Shown here piece by piece: positions 28,601 to 38,680 of a stretch of DNA of 64,000 bases (position 1 is its first letter; every line of letters starts with the position of its first letter). The stretch lies in IMG/VR virus record IMGVR_UViG_3300031612_000006, one strand, 5' to 3'. The DNA is from an uncultured virus (IMG/VR IMGVR_UViG_3300031612_000006). Its lineage: Duplodnaviria; Heunggongvirae; Uroviricota; Caudoviricetes; Crassvirales. The notes under the pieces are model-generated. The model had not been told where the DNA came from and ran no database searches. It was given only the letters and a program-made list of their open reading frames with translations. Both the position numbers and the translations under genes were made by a program.

Positions 28601-31600
28601 GATTCTTTCTGCTCGTCAGTAAGAGCCTCGTAATCTATATCAGAAGGGAGTTTAGCTTTAACGAAGTCTTCTTGAGACATCTCCTCTCCTATATTGTACT
28701 GCTTATGCGTTCCTTCGAATTCGTATAAAGGAACCTTGTGGAATTTTGTAGTTGATATATGGTTAGGCTTTCTTTGAGAGTTAGTAGGAGAAGCGTTTTG
28801 AATTAAACCTTCCTTCTTAACTTTTCCTTTATACATTAAAGGACCGAATAAACTAATCATAGCAGCCTCAGGCATAGAGCTAAAGAACTGTATAGGGCTC
28901 TTAGTCATCGCTTCGTTCATTCCGAAGTGGTTATCACCTACAATAGAAACCTGATTAGCATCATTAGACCCAACATTCTTAGTTTCTATCTTAAATGCAC
29001 CCTTCTCGTCTAAAGACTCATCTTTACCGAACAAAGCCATGTATGAAAGAATAGCAACTCTTCTTGAGTTAATCTTCTTCTTCTCAACCTTCTCACCTCT
29101 ACGTTGAGCAACGAAGTTAGTGTTGTTAACCACAAACTTATTCATGTCGTTAGTGAACTCACTTACATTAACATCCTCTAATGATTTGAATGTTTCGTTT
29201 ATCTTTCCAGAAACCTCAGCACTAAAGAAGTTCAATAAAGAACCAGGCTTAGTACCCCATCCAGTGGAAACGAAATCATTTGCTACCATAAACTTCTGAA
29301 TGACAGAAGGTAGTTTAGAGAAGTCTTTCTGTATGATTCTAATCTGAGCTGTGAAATCTACCTCACCTCTAAGCTTATCTGCATTTAACTTAAACTTAAC
29401 CATAGGAACCCTTCTAGTATTCTCTTTAATGAAGGTGTCATTATTATCAAACTCTGGAGTTAATACAAACGCATTATGGTGAGTAGCTTCAACGTACTCT
29501 AAGAATTTATTATCGTTGTTATTGTTTTTATATTCAGATAAGAATTGACCGACAGCAACAGTCACAAGACCGTACTTCTCTTCTCTAGATAATTCTTTCC
29601 ACATCTCTCTAGTATACTTATCAGATAAACTGTGAGTACCTAAATCTGCTGTGTATATATTAACTAGTAAATCTGCGGCTACATCTACGTCAGAATGAAT
29701 AGCAGCTCTAACTAAATTTAAAGCCTTAACCATTCTTTCGTTAGCTTCTTCGTCTGTAGATAACTTATTCTTAGAGGTTCCTTTAAAGATACCTTTAACT
29801 GAAGTTCTAGACTTACCCTTTTTATCTTTATAGCTATTAACATCAGCAGCAAGTATACCATTAGAGGATTGTAATCCTTCATCAGTAAACCCACCAACTA
29901 AAGCTGTACCATAACCACCTGAGTAATAAGGGTCGTTCTCAAATCCTTCCTGTATAAGGGAGAAGTCAAGAGCTTTATTTCTTTTAAATAATTGATTGTT
30001 TTCACCAACCAAGTCAGCCATACCTTCGCCATCATCATTACTCTGATTGTCTAACGCTTTATTGGCAGCATGATGCTTAGTTAATGCTATGATAGGATTA
30101 GATGAGTGATGCTTATCTAAACCAACAAAGTGACTCATACTAAGTATGTCTCCATTGATTGTTTCCAATACATGATAAAGAGCTAGCGAAGTAACTCTAT
30201 CCATGTTATCTAAATCAAACGAAGGATAAATTGTATTTATCATTTCGCCTAAGTTTCCACGCTTAGCTATCTTAGAGTCCTCTCCTATAATTTCTTTAAG
30301 AGACTCCTTGAGTTCTTTATTTAAAGCTCCTCTGTTTTCCTCTGTCTTAGAGTAAACGAATTCAGAAGCCTCAGCCCATTTAGCACTCTTAAGGAATTGA
30401 GATATTTTAGCAGGAGGGAACCCCATCTTAATAAGTAATACGAATGTAGCGCCTGTATTGGCTACGAACTGAAACTTACTTCTGTTATTGTTCTTACCGT
30501 CATCTAGTATCAAGTTAAGCCAGTTAGCTAACTCATACCAAGTACCACCACCATCTTCTGATATGTTGTTGTTAATAGAAGATTCAGTCTGACCTTGTAT
30601 GGTAAGCTTTATTCTACGACCATTGAACATTAAGTCTGGGTTACCTTCAGCTAAGTAACTAAAGACTAGGTTCTGAGCAGCTATCAAGCCAATCATCTTC
30701 CCGTTTCCTTTAGTCTGACCAAACATCCTGTGAGCTCCTAACATAGACATATCGTTAGGTATATCGGAACTACCAGTCTTGTTGTTGTATAAAGCCATGT
30801 TAGTTTCCTCAGACACTGTACCGAACTCAAGCTCCTTAGTTAATGAGTTTTGAACTTCAGGCATTAAGAATAAGTCCATAATAGACTCAGTCAATTTGTT
30901 CTTAAGAACATCACCCTTACTCAACTCCTCACCTTCCTTAGCAACCTTAATGGTATTTAAGTGCAACATATCTCCATCTAAATCAGAGCCTATAATTGCA
31001 GACACTAAAGGATTGACAGCTATAGTGTTACCTGGTTTCGTTGATATTCCAGCTACACGAAGAACTATAGTAGAACCACTCGATGAAGCTGGAATTCTTG
31101 TAGCTAAGAACTTAATCTCATTACCAGACTTTATAGCCGCATCCACATCCTCTTGAGTTATTCCTAACTCATTAGCCATGTGTTGAGATATTAAAGCTTG
31201 AGCTGGAATAACGAAGTATTCAGTCTTCTCTGCATTCTTTCCTTTACGGTCTTTGTACTTAACCTTACGACTAGATACAGTCATAGGCTCTAAAGAATCT
31301 TTAGTCTGAACAATCTTGTTAGCAGAACCAACTTCATATCCAACAACTACATCTGACTCTTGAAGAGAAAGCGTACCTCCTGTTCTTATCTTATAAGCTA
31401 TACTCTGAATTTTAGAACTCAGTAGTTTAAGCATAGACACACGAAGAGAAGGAGTAGACATCTTACCGTCTTCTATTGCAGCTTGAACCTCTAATGGTGT
31501 TGAATCAGATTCAGAACTAGCCTTTATAATATCCTCTCTACTTAAATCCTTTAACTCGGAATTGTACTGGTGAGTTAATGCTTTAGTGAAGTTACTAATA

Positions 31601-34600
31601 ACCTTATCAGAGGCAGCGGAAACAGAAGGGTTGTTGTGACCTTTGAATACATTTATGTTAGCAATCATTTGCTTAGCAGCGGTAGCTGTCTTAGCACTCT
31701 TATCTAACTCTCCTTGTATACCAAAGAACCTACCGTCGTAACCATAAATATCATTCTCTTTATCGTAAGAATAAGAATTCATAGTACTGTTCATTTGAGC
31801 TGGAGTCATAGCTTTCAATTCAGCTATACTGAATTTATTTCTAGGAGTTCCTTCTACACCTTTCACTGCACCTTTCTTTACACCAGAGTGAGCGTAAGCA
31901 ATCACTGCGTGACCTCTTAACTTCTTCTTAGCATAATACTTCTCTCTAGCTTTTAATGCTCTGTAAATCTCCTTTAAAGGTCCTGTAACTTTATTGTTAA
32001 GAACTATCGTATGTCCTTTAGCGTAGAATGTATTAGATTCCTGACCATAGAAGCTTGATATTTTCTTGTTATCTACGTTCTTCCCGTAACCAACTAACTT
32101 ATAAGAACCCTTAACATCTACTATATCACCATGCTTAGCTGTTAATTTATCAGCCTCTTCTTGTGTTATGTATGACGCTGAATCCATAAGGTCAGCCTTA
32201 AGAGTTATCTCTCTAGTCTTAGGTACAACCTTAGTCGTTCCATCAGCTTGTTCTTCGCTAACATAATCTAATACCTGTATCTTGTGAGGCATATCGTTAG
32301 AACTTAACCCTTCGTCTTCAAATATTAATAACTCAACACGCTCTCCTGCGTAAGAAGAATCATGGTTAGCAATAAGACCTGTAGCTCTTTTGTTCTTCAT
32401 AGTAAAGTCAGCCTCTTCCATTATAGAAGAAGTGATGTCCTGTAAGTAGAACTTGTTTATGAAGTAATTTAAAGAAGCAAGCTCACCGACTTTAACGTCT
32501 AGCTCAGCACTTAAATCATCAGCCATTTCTCTGTGTCCGTCAAGAGTAGATAAGTCATAAGTAACTCCATCAATACTCAATTCAAACGCCTTCTTGCCTA
32601 GCAGGTTTAGCTCCCCTTTGCCCTCTCTAACGCTACCTTCATTAAGGGTAATCGCTATTGGGTGGGTGAGTCTAAGCTCAGCTATGACAGAAGGACTAGT
32701 AGTTAAGTGCATATCAAACACATCCTCAGGATTGTTGTGTCTGTCTATAATGTCTTTAGTTTTATTCTCGTGATACTGAACCAACTCCTTAAGCTTTTTA
32801 GCCGCTTCTCTTTTGCTCGTAATAGTCTGAGCTTGAGAGTAATACCTTCTAGTCTTGTCAGAGTAATCTCTAACTGGCTGTAGGTAGTATTTAGACTTAA
32901 CCTTAATAGCTCTATTAATCTCAGAAATATCACCCTTACTAACCGTTAGGTTATCTAAGTTAGCTCTATCTAATTGTTGATTAGCATCACCATCTATAGA
33001 GATATACTCTAACTCGTAAGTACCATTAGCTATCATTGCAGCGTAAGGGTTAGTTACTAAGTTTTTCTTTTCCCCGAAAGAGAATAAAGACAAGAAAGCC
33101 ATATCGTTAGCTTTCATGTAATCGTTAAGTGACTCTTTATTGTAAACCAAGAAGTACTTTCTGATGTTCTTATTGAGCATCTCTCCTTCTGGTGTTCTTA
33201 TGTTAGAGTTGTGCGAGTCGTCATCGCTAGCTAATTTAGCTTCAAGTAATCTCTTTGCGTGAGGCACAACTCCCTGAACGTCTTTGAATGAAGATGATAT
33301 ATCACCCTCTTTCATCTCGAACATAGTAATAGATTTCTTCTCCTTGTAAGAGAATTCACCCATATCTTTAGCTATGAACTGACCTTCTTTAATTTGTTTA
33401 ACTCTTACATGCTGAACGTTTCCGTTGTCATTAATAAAGAAGTCTCTAGTGTTTGAATCACCATCTTCTTCGTCAACGAAACCGTCAGTAAATTTAGCCT
33501 CATAAACAAGTGTATCCAAGTTCTCTATAGAGAATCCTAAGAACTCATCTTTAGATAACTTTAAGTGGCTAGACTTCACCATGTGTGGTACATACATGGA
33601 ATCAAGATTAGGTTTAGAGAACGATGCTTGGAATCTAGAAACAAACTCAGCTTCAAGTTCAACAAGTTTAGCGTCAGAGATATTAACGAACTCATCGTTA
33701 GCATCTTTATTCCACTTCTTAAATACAGGGATAAACACATTCTTTACAGCGTCCTTAGTCCAAGTCTCCATAGAGTTAGTACTATCGCTACTAGAGGCTG
33801 CTATTGATATAGAACCCCAGAACATCTCTTTAATCCTATCTCTACTAAAGTATGCTCTAGCAGATATTCTATTACCGTCCTCGTCGCTTAAGACTAATGA
33901 ATCAAGTTCAGCTACGGTTATATCTAATCCTTCTGGAAGTAAGTAGTTGTTTATCAAATTAACCACATGACCACCTGTAAGAGCATCATCTGTATATGAT
34001 AAGTGAAGCATAGCCCTAGACAGGTTAAGTCTTCTTTTGTACTCCTCGTTTACGGCTAAATCAGAATCAGAAACATCTCTACCTCTTATCTTCTTTTCCT
34101 GTACAGCTCTCATGTAACCAAGCCATTCTCCTTGAGTTCTTTCAGCTTTAGTAGTTTCCTCTTCAGTATATCCAACCTTAACTAAGGCTGCTCTTATCTT
34201 TCTTTTAAGACCACTAGTCATAACTGGAGCAAATCCATCACCAGAGATAAGGATACCTTTCTCTGTAGTCATAGAATTAAATTGTAATAGTATGTTTTGG
34301 TAGATATTACCACCAGACATATCAATCTCAGAAGCCATGAATATAAAGAAGTTACCCATAAGCATCTCCTTTTGTTGTGCTACAGTCCCGTTAGGCTTCT
34401 TCTGTCTAGCCTTAGCCATAGCTTTCTCTGCAGCTAATCTAAACATAGGCTCACTTCTATTAGCAGCCGCTAATTCCCGTATAGACTTCATTATGTTCTC
34501 CTTATTAATCAAGGATATATCATAAGAGCCATCACCTATGTACTTATCAGACTTCATGAAGGTTCTAAGAATAACATAGAACTTATCAGCCATAGCCATG

Positions 34601-37600
34601 TGCTTGTCTTGTATCTGATTAGCTAACCCATCTTCTTGAGTGTCAGCCTCTTGCTCTTCCTTAGAATTAAGCATCTCCTGAACTTGCTCAAGAGTAGCTC
34701 CATCATTAACCTTCTTGCTTACAGCACCAAGGAACATTTGCTCAACAAAGTTAGTGATAGCCTTATCGTTATTAAACATAACGTTGTAGACTTCATTATA
34801 TTCTTTAGTTCCTTTTACATAGTGAGCTAATATGTATTTAGCTAAGTCAACTTTAGATTTGTTGAATATCTTATTCATATGAAGCTCAGCTCTAAGCTCG
34901 TTCATAATAGTATCAACAGAACCATCTGCTGCTTTCTCGCTTAGTAAGTGAGGCATATCCTCATTAACGAACGTTCTAGCATCACTAATTATCTCTGGAG
35001 CTTGTTCTGAAACCATCTTATTGATGGTATCCATAATAGCTTCATCCCTATTCTCGTTCACCTTTCTAAGTGAAGGAGATGCTTTAGAGATTCCACCATA
35101 CTCAGCTTCATGTTTAGCCATAAGGGTTTTAACCTGAGCTAAAGATGCTTCTAAATCAAACTCATCAGTCTTCTTGTAGTCACCTTTAGAGGCAACCTCT
35201 AGAGACCATTCAGCCTCTTCCTTTGTAAACGCTTTAGATATTTTTTGCTTCCATGATTTAAGAGAGTTGTTATACTCCTCTCTTTTGGTCTCATCAGATA
35301 TAAACATATCCTTATTCTCAGCCCCATAGATACCCGCTAACTGCGTTAAAGCTTCATCTTGAATGATTGTCTGGCTATCAGAACTAAGCTCCTTAAATTG
35401 AGCCTTATCTAATAGGTCAGATGCGTACTTACTAAACTCTTGAGAGAGTTCTAGTGTAACCTTTTGGTTTACCGAGAACGCATAATCCTCAACGTTTGTC
35501 TCTATCTTCTCTTCAGACTGTAAGTTTAAAGACTTTAAAGCCTCTTCTTGTCTAACTATCCTAATCTCTCCTTTAGCTGAGGTAGGTACAGAGTATAATA
35601 AATTCTCTTGGTACTGTAGTTTAACCTTATTGTATATAGGTTGGTCTACTATTCTACTCATCATCTCCTGAACTTCAGGCAGATGACTATAAAGCTCTCT
35701 GAATATGTGGAAGTTCTCATGGAAGAACGTCTCATCAGTGGCGCTATTATCAAGGAATATACTTAGACCTGCAGCGTAACCGAAGTAGTTGATACCTTTT
35801 TTAGATAAATCAACTATAGAGTTTACAGAAACAAGACCATCTACAGCCTTTGATGATAAAAGGTCAACGAAAGCTCTTTCAGAACCAGAACCAACAACAA
35901 GGGCTCTACGTAATCTTCTTCTAATTAAAGCGTCCTCAACAAAGTCTATAACCTTAGCTATATGACCCTTATCGAAAACCTTATCAGCAACAACCTTAGC
36001 TGCGCTTTTAGCTAGTATAGCTGAAGCTCTAGCATTCTTCATGAATCTAATAGAGAACTGCTCTCCCTCTGGGGATGATTCACTTCTCATTAATTCAATT
36101 AGTTTTGCTTTGTCAGCTTTCTTGAATTTATGCAATCCCTTAATACCTAGAACTCTAGCTTTCTTTTTAAGCTTATTAAGACTCATCTTGTCGTAACCAT
36201 CATCAACGACAACAGGCTCTTCTTTAACCTCTTCTACTACTACTTCTTCTTCAGATTCCTCTTTAACTTCTTCTTCTTTAACTTCAGATGAAGCTTCCTC
36301 TTCAGCTTTAAGTTTAGCTTCTGCTTCTAACTGAATCTCAGCTTCTTTTGCTGCAGACTCAACAACCTTAGTTGCAACCTCTCCAGTGCTAGAGATATTA
36401 ATGTATTCAATCTTACCGTTCTCTAATGTTTTAGAGAAGTCAGTAGAGCCATCCTTGTTAGGGGTTTGTTGCTTATATCCTTTAGCTTTATCTTCACCTA
36501 CGTGTTCTGTAAATTTAATAAACACCTGAGACTTAGCGTAACCATCTTTCTGGTCTTTATAGTAGGATTCATTCTCACCAACTAAATCAGACTCCTCTTT
36601 AGTTAAAGATTCTCCATTATATTCTTTCTGTACTATTTTACTCAACGCTGGAGCAGTCTTCTGACTGAATTTATCTTTAGCAACCCTAGCATCAGCTACA
36701 GAGTAAACATCCCTAACAGCTTGAGCACTAGCGTCTACTATCTTCTTTTCTTCGTTTAAAGATTGATTCATAGCAACCTTTAATCCAGCTATCTCTTTAT
36801 CTCCCCATTCTTTAGTTTGAGCTTTAGAATCAACTAAGGTTTGAATCTCTTCAACCCTAGTCTCCATCTCTCCTCTTTTCTGAGCAAGACTCTTAGATGC
36901 TACGTTATTAAACCAAGCATGAGATACTAACGCAGACTTCTCTTTGTTGTTTAATTTATTAACTGGGTATTTAGCTACACTTTCATTAACCTCGCTTAAC
37001 GTTTGCTCATACATGGTTAACTGCTCTTGAGTAATGCTACCATTATCAAACTTAGCTTGGAAGAACTCCATAATCATCTCTGAGTCACCATGAGATACAG
37101 CATTCATTAAGATAGTTCTAGCAGCAGTATCCTTAGCCAACATATTAATTTGGCTAGTATTCATCTCTACTATATTATCCTTCTCTACCCAAACCATGTC
37201 ACCTTTAGAATCCTTCTCTTGTACTCTAGTCTTCTTATTTACAGCATATACGCCAGCCTCTATATCTTGATTGAATATATCTATCAACTGATGAGTCTCA
37301 GCCTTACTATCTAAAGACTGAGCTAATAAAGCTCGATTCTCTGTGGCAGTAGAAATCATATTACTAGCTCCAGACATAAGTAAACTAGTTGCAAACGAAA
37401 GAACCCTTGTCGGTACTTGTTCGTCAGCAGTAAAGAATTCTAAGTAAGAAGGGAATTCCTCTCCTTTAGCTTCAGCTATTCTTCTCTGTACAGTCCAATC
37501 TTGGAATACCTCTTGGAATTGTTCTACAACACCATCAGTAACACCGTTGGCTGCACCCATCCCTATAGATTTAAATGCAGTTCTAATAACTGACTCTATC

Positions 37601-38676
37601 TTAGGATTCTTAAGTAATTTAAGTGAAGCTTGAGCAGCAGTCGTACCAGCAACTTTACCTGCAGCAGCTCCAGCAACTTTACCTGCTCCAGTTTTAGAGA
37701 CTGCCGTAGCAGCACCTTTAGCTGTCTTCATTAAAGAAGCACCAACCTTAAGCTGTCCAGCAAATAATCCGTACTGAATAATATCAGCACCCATTGAAGC
37801 TAAGTTATCAGCAAACACTTGTCTACCTACGTGCTTAGCGTCTTTAATATCAACACCTTGTAGTATAGCTTCATTCATTGCTTGACCTGCAATAGCAGCT
37901 CCTTCAATCATGTTAGCCGTAGAACCAGCAGCTACAGTTGAAATACCCGTATGTATTAACTTAGAAGCGTTGTAAGCATTAGCTACATTACTAGACATAC
38001 CAACAGAACGACCACCAGCTGCAATAGCTTTAGCGGCTGTAGTAAACATCTTTCCTTTAGTAAGCATACTAGCACCTTTAGCAGCAGCAGAACCTGGAAT
38101 CATTAATGATAATGCAAAAGGTAGCATTCTAGCTACCCCTGTTTCCCAGAATGCAACGTCAGACAAATCATCCCACGTAATATCCTGTAAGTCTGTAAGA
38201 CCAGGGACGTCATCTCCGTAAGAATGTAGGTAATCTGCGAAATCATGGAATGTATCTGAAATAGGTTTATTAGTTTCAACACCAAATACTTGTCTAGAAA
38301 TCTCATTAGAAGGAGTCCCTCCTAAGAAATCAGCTATGTCACCAAAGCTATCTACCATATCTCCAACACCAACCATTAAAGACTTTCCAATCTTTTCTAT
38401 ATGACCCATGTCGTAATCAATACCAGGCATTCCAGCTTCAGGTATCTCAGGGAGTTGTTGTTGTTGTTGTTCTTGTTGATTCATAGAATCAGCAGTATGA
38501 CCCCACATGTCTGATTGCTCAGATTCTTGTGCTGCGGGGGCAGGTGCAGGTTCTCCAGGAATAGACATTCCAGACTGAACTTCAGCACCTTGGAAATCAT
38601 CATTCAAAGAGCTATCGTATTGGCTTGCGCCTTCTTGAGGTGTACCTACACCTGGGTTCCAAGTATTGTTTTCCAT
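25693..38676 (-). CDS. Giant virion-packaged two-barrel RNA polymerase polyprotein with zincin-like protease domain (crAss-like)
   Basis: 4327 aa; ATRIP...GSDLDGD catalytic motif (30970-30984); HENFH zincin motif (35707-35721); position after the ejection proteins, as in crAss-like phages. Confidence 0.85.
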   Translation of the reverse strand: MENNTWNPGVGTPQEGASQYDSSLNDDFQGAEVQSGMSIPGEPAPAPAAQESEQSDMWGHTADSMNQQEQQQQQLPEIPEAGMPGIDYDMGHIEKIGKSLMVGVGDMVDSFGDIADFLGGTPSNEISRQVFGVETNKPISDTFHDFADYLHSYGDDVPGLTDLQDITWDDLSDVAFWETGVARMLPFALSLMIPGSAAAKGASMLTKGKMFTTAAKAIAAGGRSVGMSSNVANAYNASKLIHTGISTVAAGSTANMIEGAAIAGQAMNEAILQGVDIKDAKHVGRQVFADNLASMGADIIQYGLFAGQLKVGASLMKTAKGAATAVSKTGAGKVAGAAAGKVAGTTAAQASLKLLKNPKIESVIRTAFKSIGMGAANGVTDGVVEQFQEVFQDWTVQRRIAEAKGEEFPSYLEFFTADEQVPTRVLSFATSLLMSGASNMISTATENRALLAQSLDSKAETHQLIDIFNQDIEAGVYAVNKKTRVQEKDSKGDMVWVEKDNIVEMNTSQINMLAKDTAARTILMNAVSHGDSEMIMEFFQAKFDNGSITQEQLTMYEQTLSEVNESVAKYPVNKLNNKEKSALVSHAWFNNVASKSLAQKRGEMETRVEEIQTLVDSKAQTKEWGDKEIAGLKVAMNQSLNEEKKIVDASAQAVRDVYSVADARVAKDKFSQKTAPALSKIVQKEYNGESLTKEESDLVGENESYYKDQKDGYAKSQVFIKFTEHVGEDKAKGYKQQTPNKDGSTDFSKTLENGKIEYINISSTGEVATKVVESAAKEAEIQLEAEAKLKAEEEASSEVKEEEVKEESEEEVVVEEVKEEPVVVDDGYDKMSLNKLKKKARVLGIKGLHKFKKADKAKLIELMRSESSPEGEQFSIRFMKNARASAILAKSAAKVVADKVFDKGHIAKVIDFVEDALIRRRLRRALVVGSGSERAFVDLLSSKAVDGLVSVNSIVDLSKKGINYFGYAAGLSIFLDNSATDETFFHENFHIFRELYSHLPEVQEMMSRIVDQPIYNKVKLQYQENLLYSVPTSAKGEIRIVRQEEALKSLNLQSEEKIETNVEDYAFSVNQKVTLELSQEFSKYASDLLDKAQFKELSSDSQTIIQDEALTQLAGIYGAENKDMFISDETKREEYNNSLKSWKQKISKAFTKEEAEWSLEVASKGDYKKTDEFDLEASLAQVKTLMAKHEAEYGGISKASPSLRKVNENRDEAIMDTINKMVSEQAPEIISDARTFVNEDMPHLLSEKAADGSVDTIMNELRAELHMNKIFNKSKVDLAKYILAHYVKGTKEYNEVYNVMFNNDKAITNFVEQMFLGAVSKKVNDGATLEQVQEMLNSKEEQEADTQEDGLANQIQDKHMAMADKFYVILRTFMKSDKYIGDGSYDISLINKENIMKSIRELAAANRSEPMFRLAAEKAMAKARQKKPNGTVAQQKEMLMGNFFIFMASEIDMSGGNIYQNILLQFNSMTTEKGILISGDGFAPVMTSGLKRKIRAALVKVGYTEEETTKAERTQGEWLGYMRAVQEKKIRGRDVSDSDLAVNEEYKRRLNLSRAMLHLSYTDDALTGGHVVNLINNYLLPEGLDITVAELDSLVLSDEDGNRISARAYFSRDRIKEMFWGSISIAASSSDSTNSMETWTKDAVKNVFIPVFKKWNKDANDEFVNISDAKLVELEAEFVSRFQASFSKPNLDSMYVPHMVKSSHLKLSKDEFLGFSIENLDTLVYEAKFTDGFVDEEDGDSNTRDFFINDNGNVQHVRVKQIKEGQFIAKDMGEFSYKEKKSITMFEMKEGDISSSFKDVQGVVPHAKRLLEAKLASDDDSHNSNIRTPEGEMLNKNIRKYFLVYNKESLNDYMKANDMAFLSLFSFGEKKNLVTNPYAAMIANGTYELEYISIDGDANQQLDRANLDNLTVSKGDISEINRAIKVKSKYYLQPVRDYSDKTRRYYSQAQTITSKREAAKKLKELVQYHENKTKDIIDRHNNPEDVFDMHLTTSPSVIAELRLTHPIAITLNEGSVREGKGELNLLGKKAFELSIDGVTYDLSTLDGHREMADDLSAELDVKVGELASLNYFINKFYLQDITSSIMEEADFTMKNKRATGLIANHDSSYAGERVELLIFEDEGLSSNDMPHKIQVLDYVSEEQADGTTKVVPKTREITLKADLMDSASYITQEEADKLTAKHGDIVDVKGSYKLVGYGKNVDNKKISSFYGQESNTFYAKGHTIVLNNKVTGPLKEIYRALKAREKYYAKKKLRGHAVIAYAHSGVKKGAVKGVEGTPRNKFSIAELKAMTPAQMNSTMNSYSYDKENDIYGYDGRFFGIQGELDKSAKTATAAKQMIANINVFKGHNNPSVSAASDKVISNFTKALTHQYNSELKDLSREDIIKASSESDSTPLEVQAAIEDGKMSTPSLRVSMLKLLSSKIQSIAYKIRTGGTLSLQESDVVVGYEVGSANKIVQTKDSLEPMTVSSRKVKYKDRKGKNAEKTEYFVIPAQALISQHMANELGITQEDVDAAIKSGNEIKFLATRIPASSSGSTIVLRVAGISTKPGNTIAVNPLVSAIIGSDLDGDMLHLNTIKVAKEGEELSKGDVLKNKLTESIMDLFLMPEVQNSLTKELEFGTVSEETNMALYNNKTGSSDIPNDMSMLGAHRMFGQTKGNGKMIGLIAAQNLVFSYLAEGNPDLMFNGRRIKLTIQGQTESSINNNISEDGGGTWYELANWLNLILDDGKNNNRSKFQFVANTGATFVLLIKMGFPPAKISQFLKSAKWAEASEFVYSKTEENRGALNKELKESLKEIIGEDSKIAKRGNLGEMINTIYPSFDLDNMDRVTSLALYHVLETINGDILSMSHFVGLDKHHSSNPIIALTKHHAANKALDNQSNDDGEGMADLVGENNQLFKRNKALDFSLIQEGFENDPYYSGGYGTALVGGFTDEGLQSSNGILAADVNSYKDKKGKSRTSVKGIFKGTSKNKLSTDEEANERMVKALNLVRAAIHSDVDVAADLLVNIYTADLGTHSLSDKYTREMWKELSREEKYGLVTVAVGQFLSEYKNNNNDNKFLEYVEATHHNAFVLTPEFDNNDTFIKENTRRVPMVKFKLNADKLRGEVDFTAQIRIIQKDFSKLPSVIQKFMVANDFVSTGWGTKPGSLLNFFSAEVSGKINETFKSLEDVNVSEFTNDMNKFVVNNTNFVAQRRGEKVEKKKINSRRVAILSYMALFGKDESLDEKGAFKIETKNVGSNDANQVSIVGDNHFGMNEAMTKSPIQFFSSMPEAAMISLFGPLMYKGKVKKEGLIQNASPTNSQRKPNHISTTKFHKVPLYEFEGTHKQYNIGEEMSQEDFVKAKLPSDIDYEALTDEQKESLQYQFEVYKASVAEVKNLFEKMEKLNLEKAKYEFKSKGKEYQEREKELLDEKFNKVREMYNSYMDKLTMGDFHLPEAAQLGLFEGKIKKSKSFKLDELAANPLRRYLEYHFGNNIANKQIADWEFTQGKSFKDEIIKGDLMSKDISDLSMWLSPGDFGRGKPAIAYINKSMKMTHMKYTRNVNLITKEMNSKLNNLFELKFGDGVEGMTKKLWMKYMGLGSESITGKLFENLIDVDVELKEIVDENGEVSYRDGSNISLKSGLFFGKGAEAGNLNRKGDAYTSLHKAEKEYLEMYVTYTSFYKGLIQTKELYAQDRGSSYVPSVTSSRWEVLQKRGLFGMYFQMFRGDQDISDVMITDINPITGESETLDYFSWKSIYMSESSADVKTIKILEDGTSVITRTDGKAKIQKTSMERIVGLERIKSKAKEYLASGEDALGRDVSIGSRVNDLMSLESEESKNRFNHKRSITSAYLATENLHKALRNYVSLFMFQHGNSYFDGSVYKHLHWSKEDREFKVVDVEASEVKAQELMFTGFEDKKQEVDAAIAQLGGGKYFDPHANLGAGKNKRAINYLQKVVKRGLISKERGLTFSDFESEADVANFFVNWTMYVALGLNVPAAIGNVAIGKYNAYRQMGGAKLLKGEGRYWGLSDKKVYDDTIRVKARKMIEEFGILTYRAEEIAEGTGGSSLSSLIFAPMVLAENWIQQAAFLGNLTEEQWNAYEVSPEGDLVLKDGAKPISQSDLAKLERDVVNVQGRGYSETDARMIQLYALSNMTMQFKRWFPTFIRDRFGKEDIDDLGTMRMGSFPAAADFLAKMKEEGKMWNIVAFKKELEAYGEEHGEHKKEAVMRLWRGTHGIVIVAMLLGMAGMASDDEEEDPAAKFMEKLLGDMLLVVNIPKLTYMTNIPAVNTFKNLGQAVYKVGVGSEYKRKSKYGDKGDKNFVSNLAQLLPSPMRGALQNKSGTKRSLR

Positions 38677-38680
38677 AACC

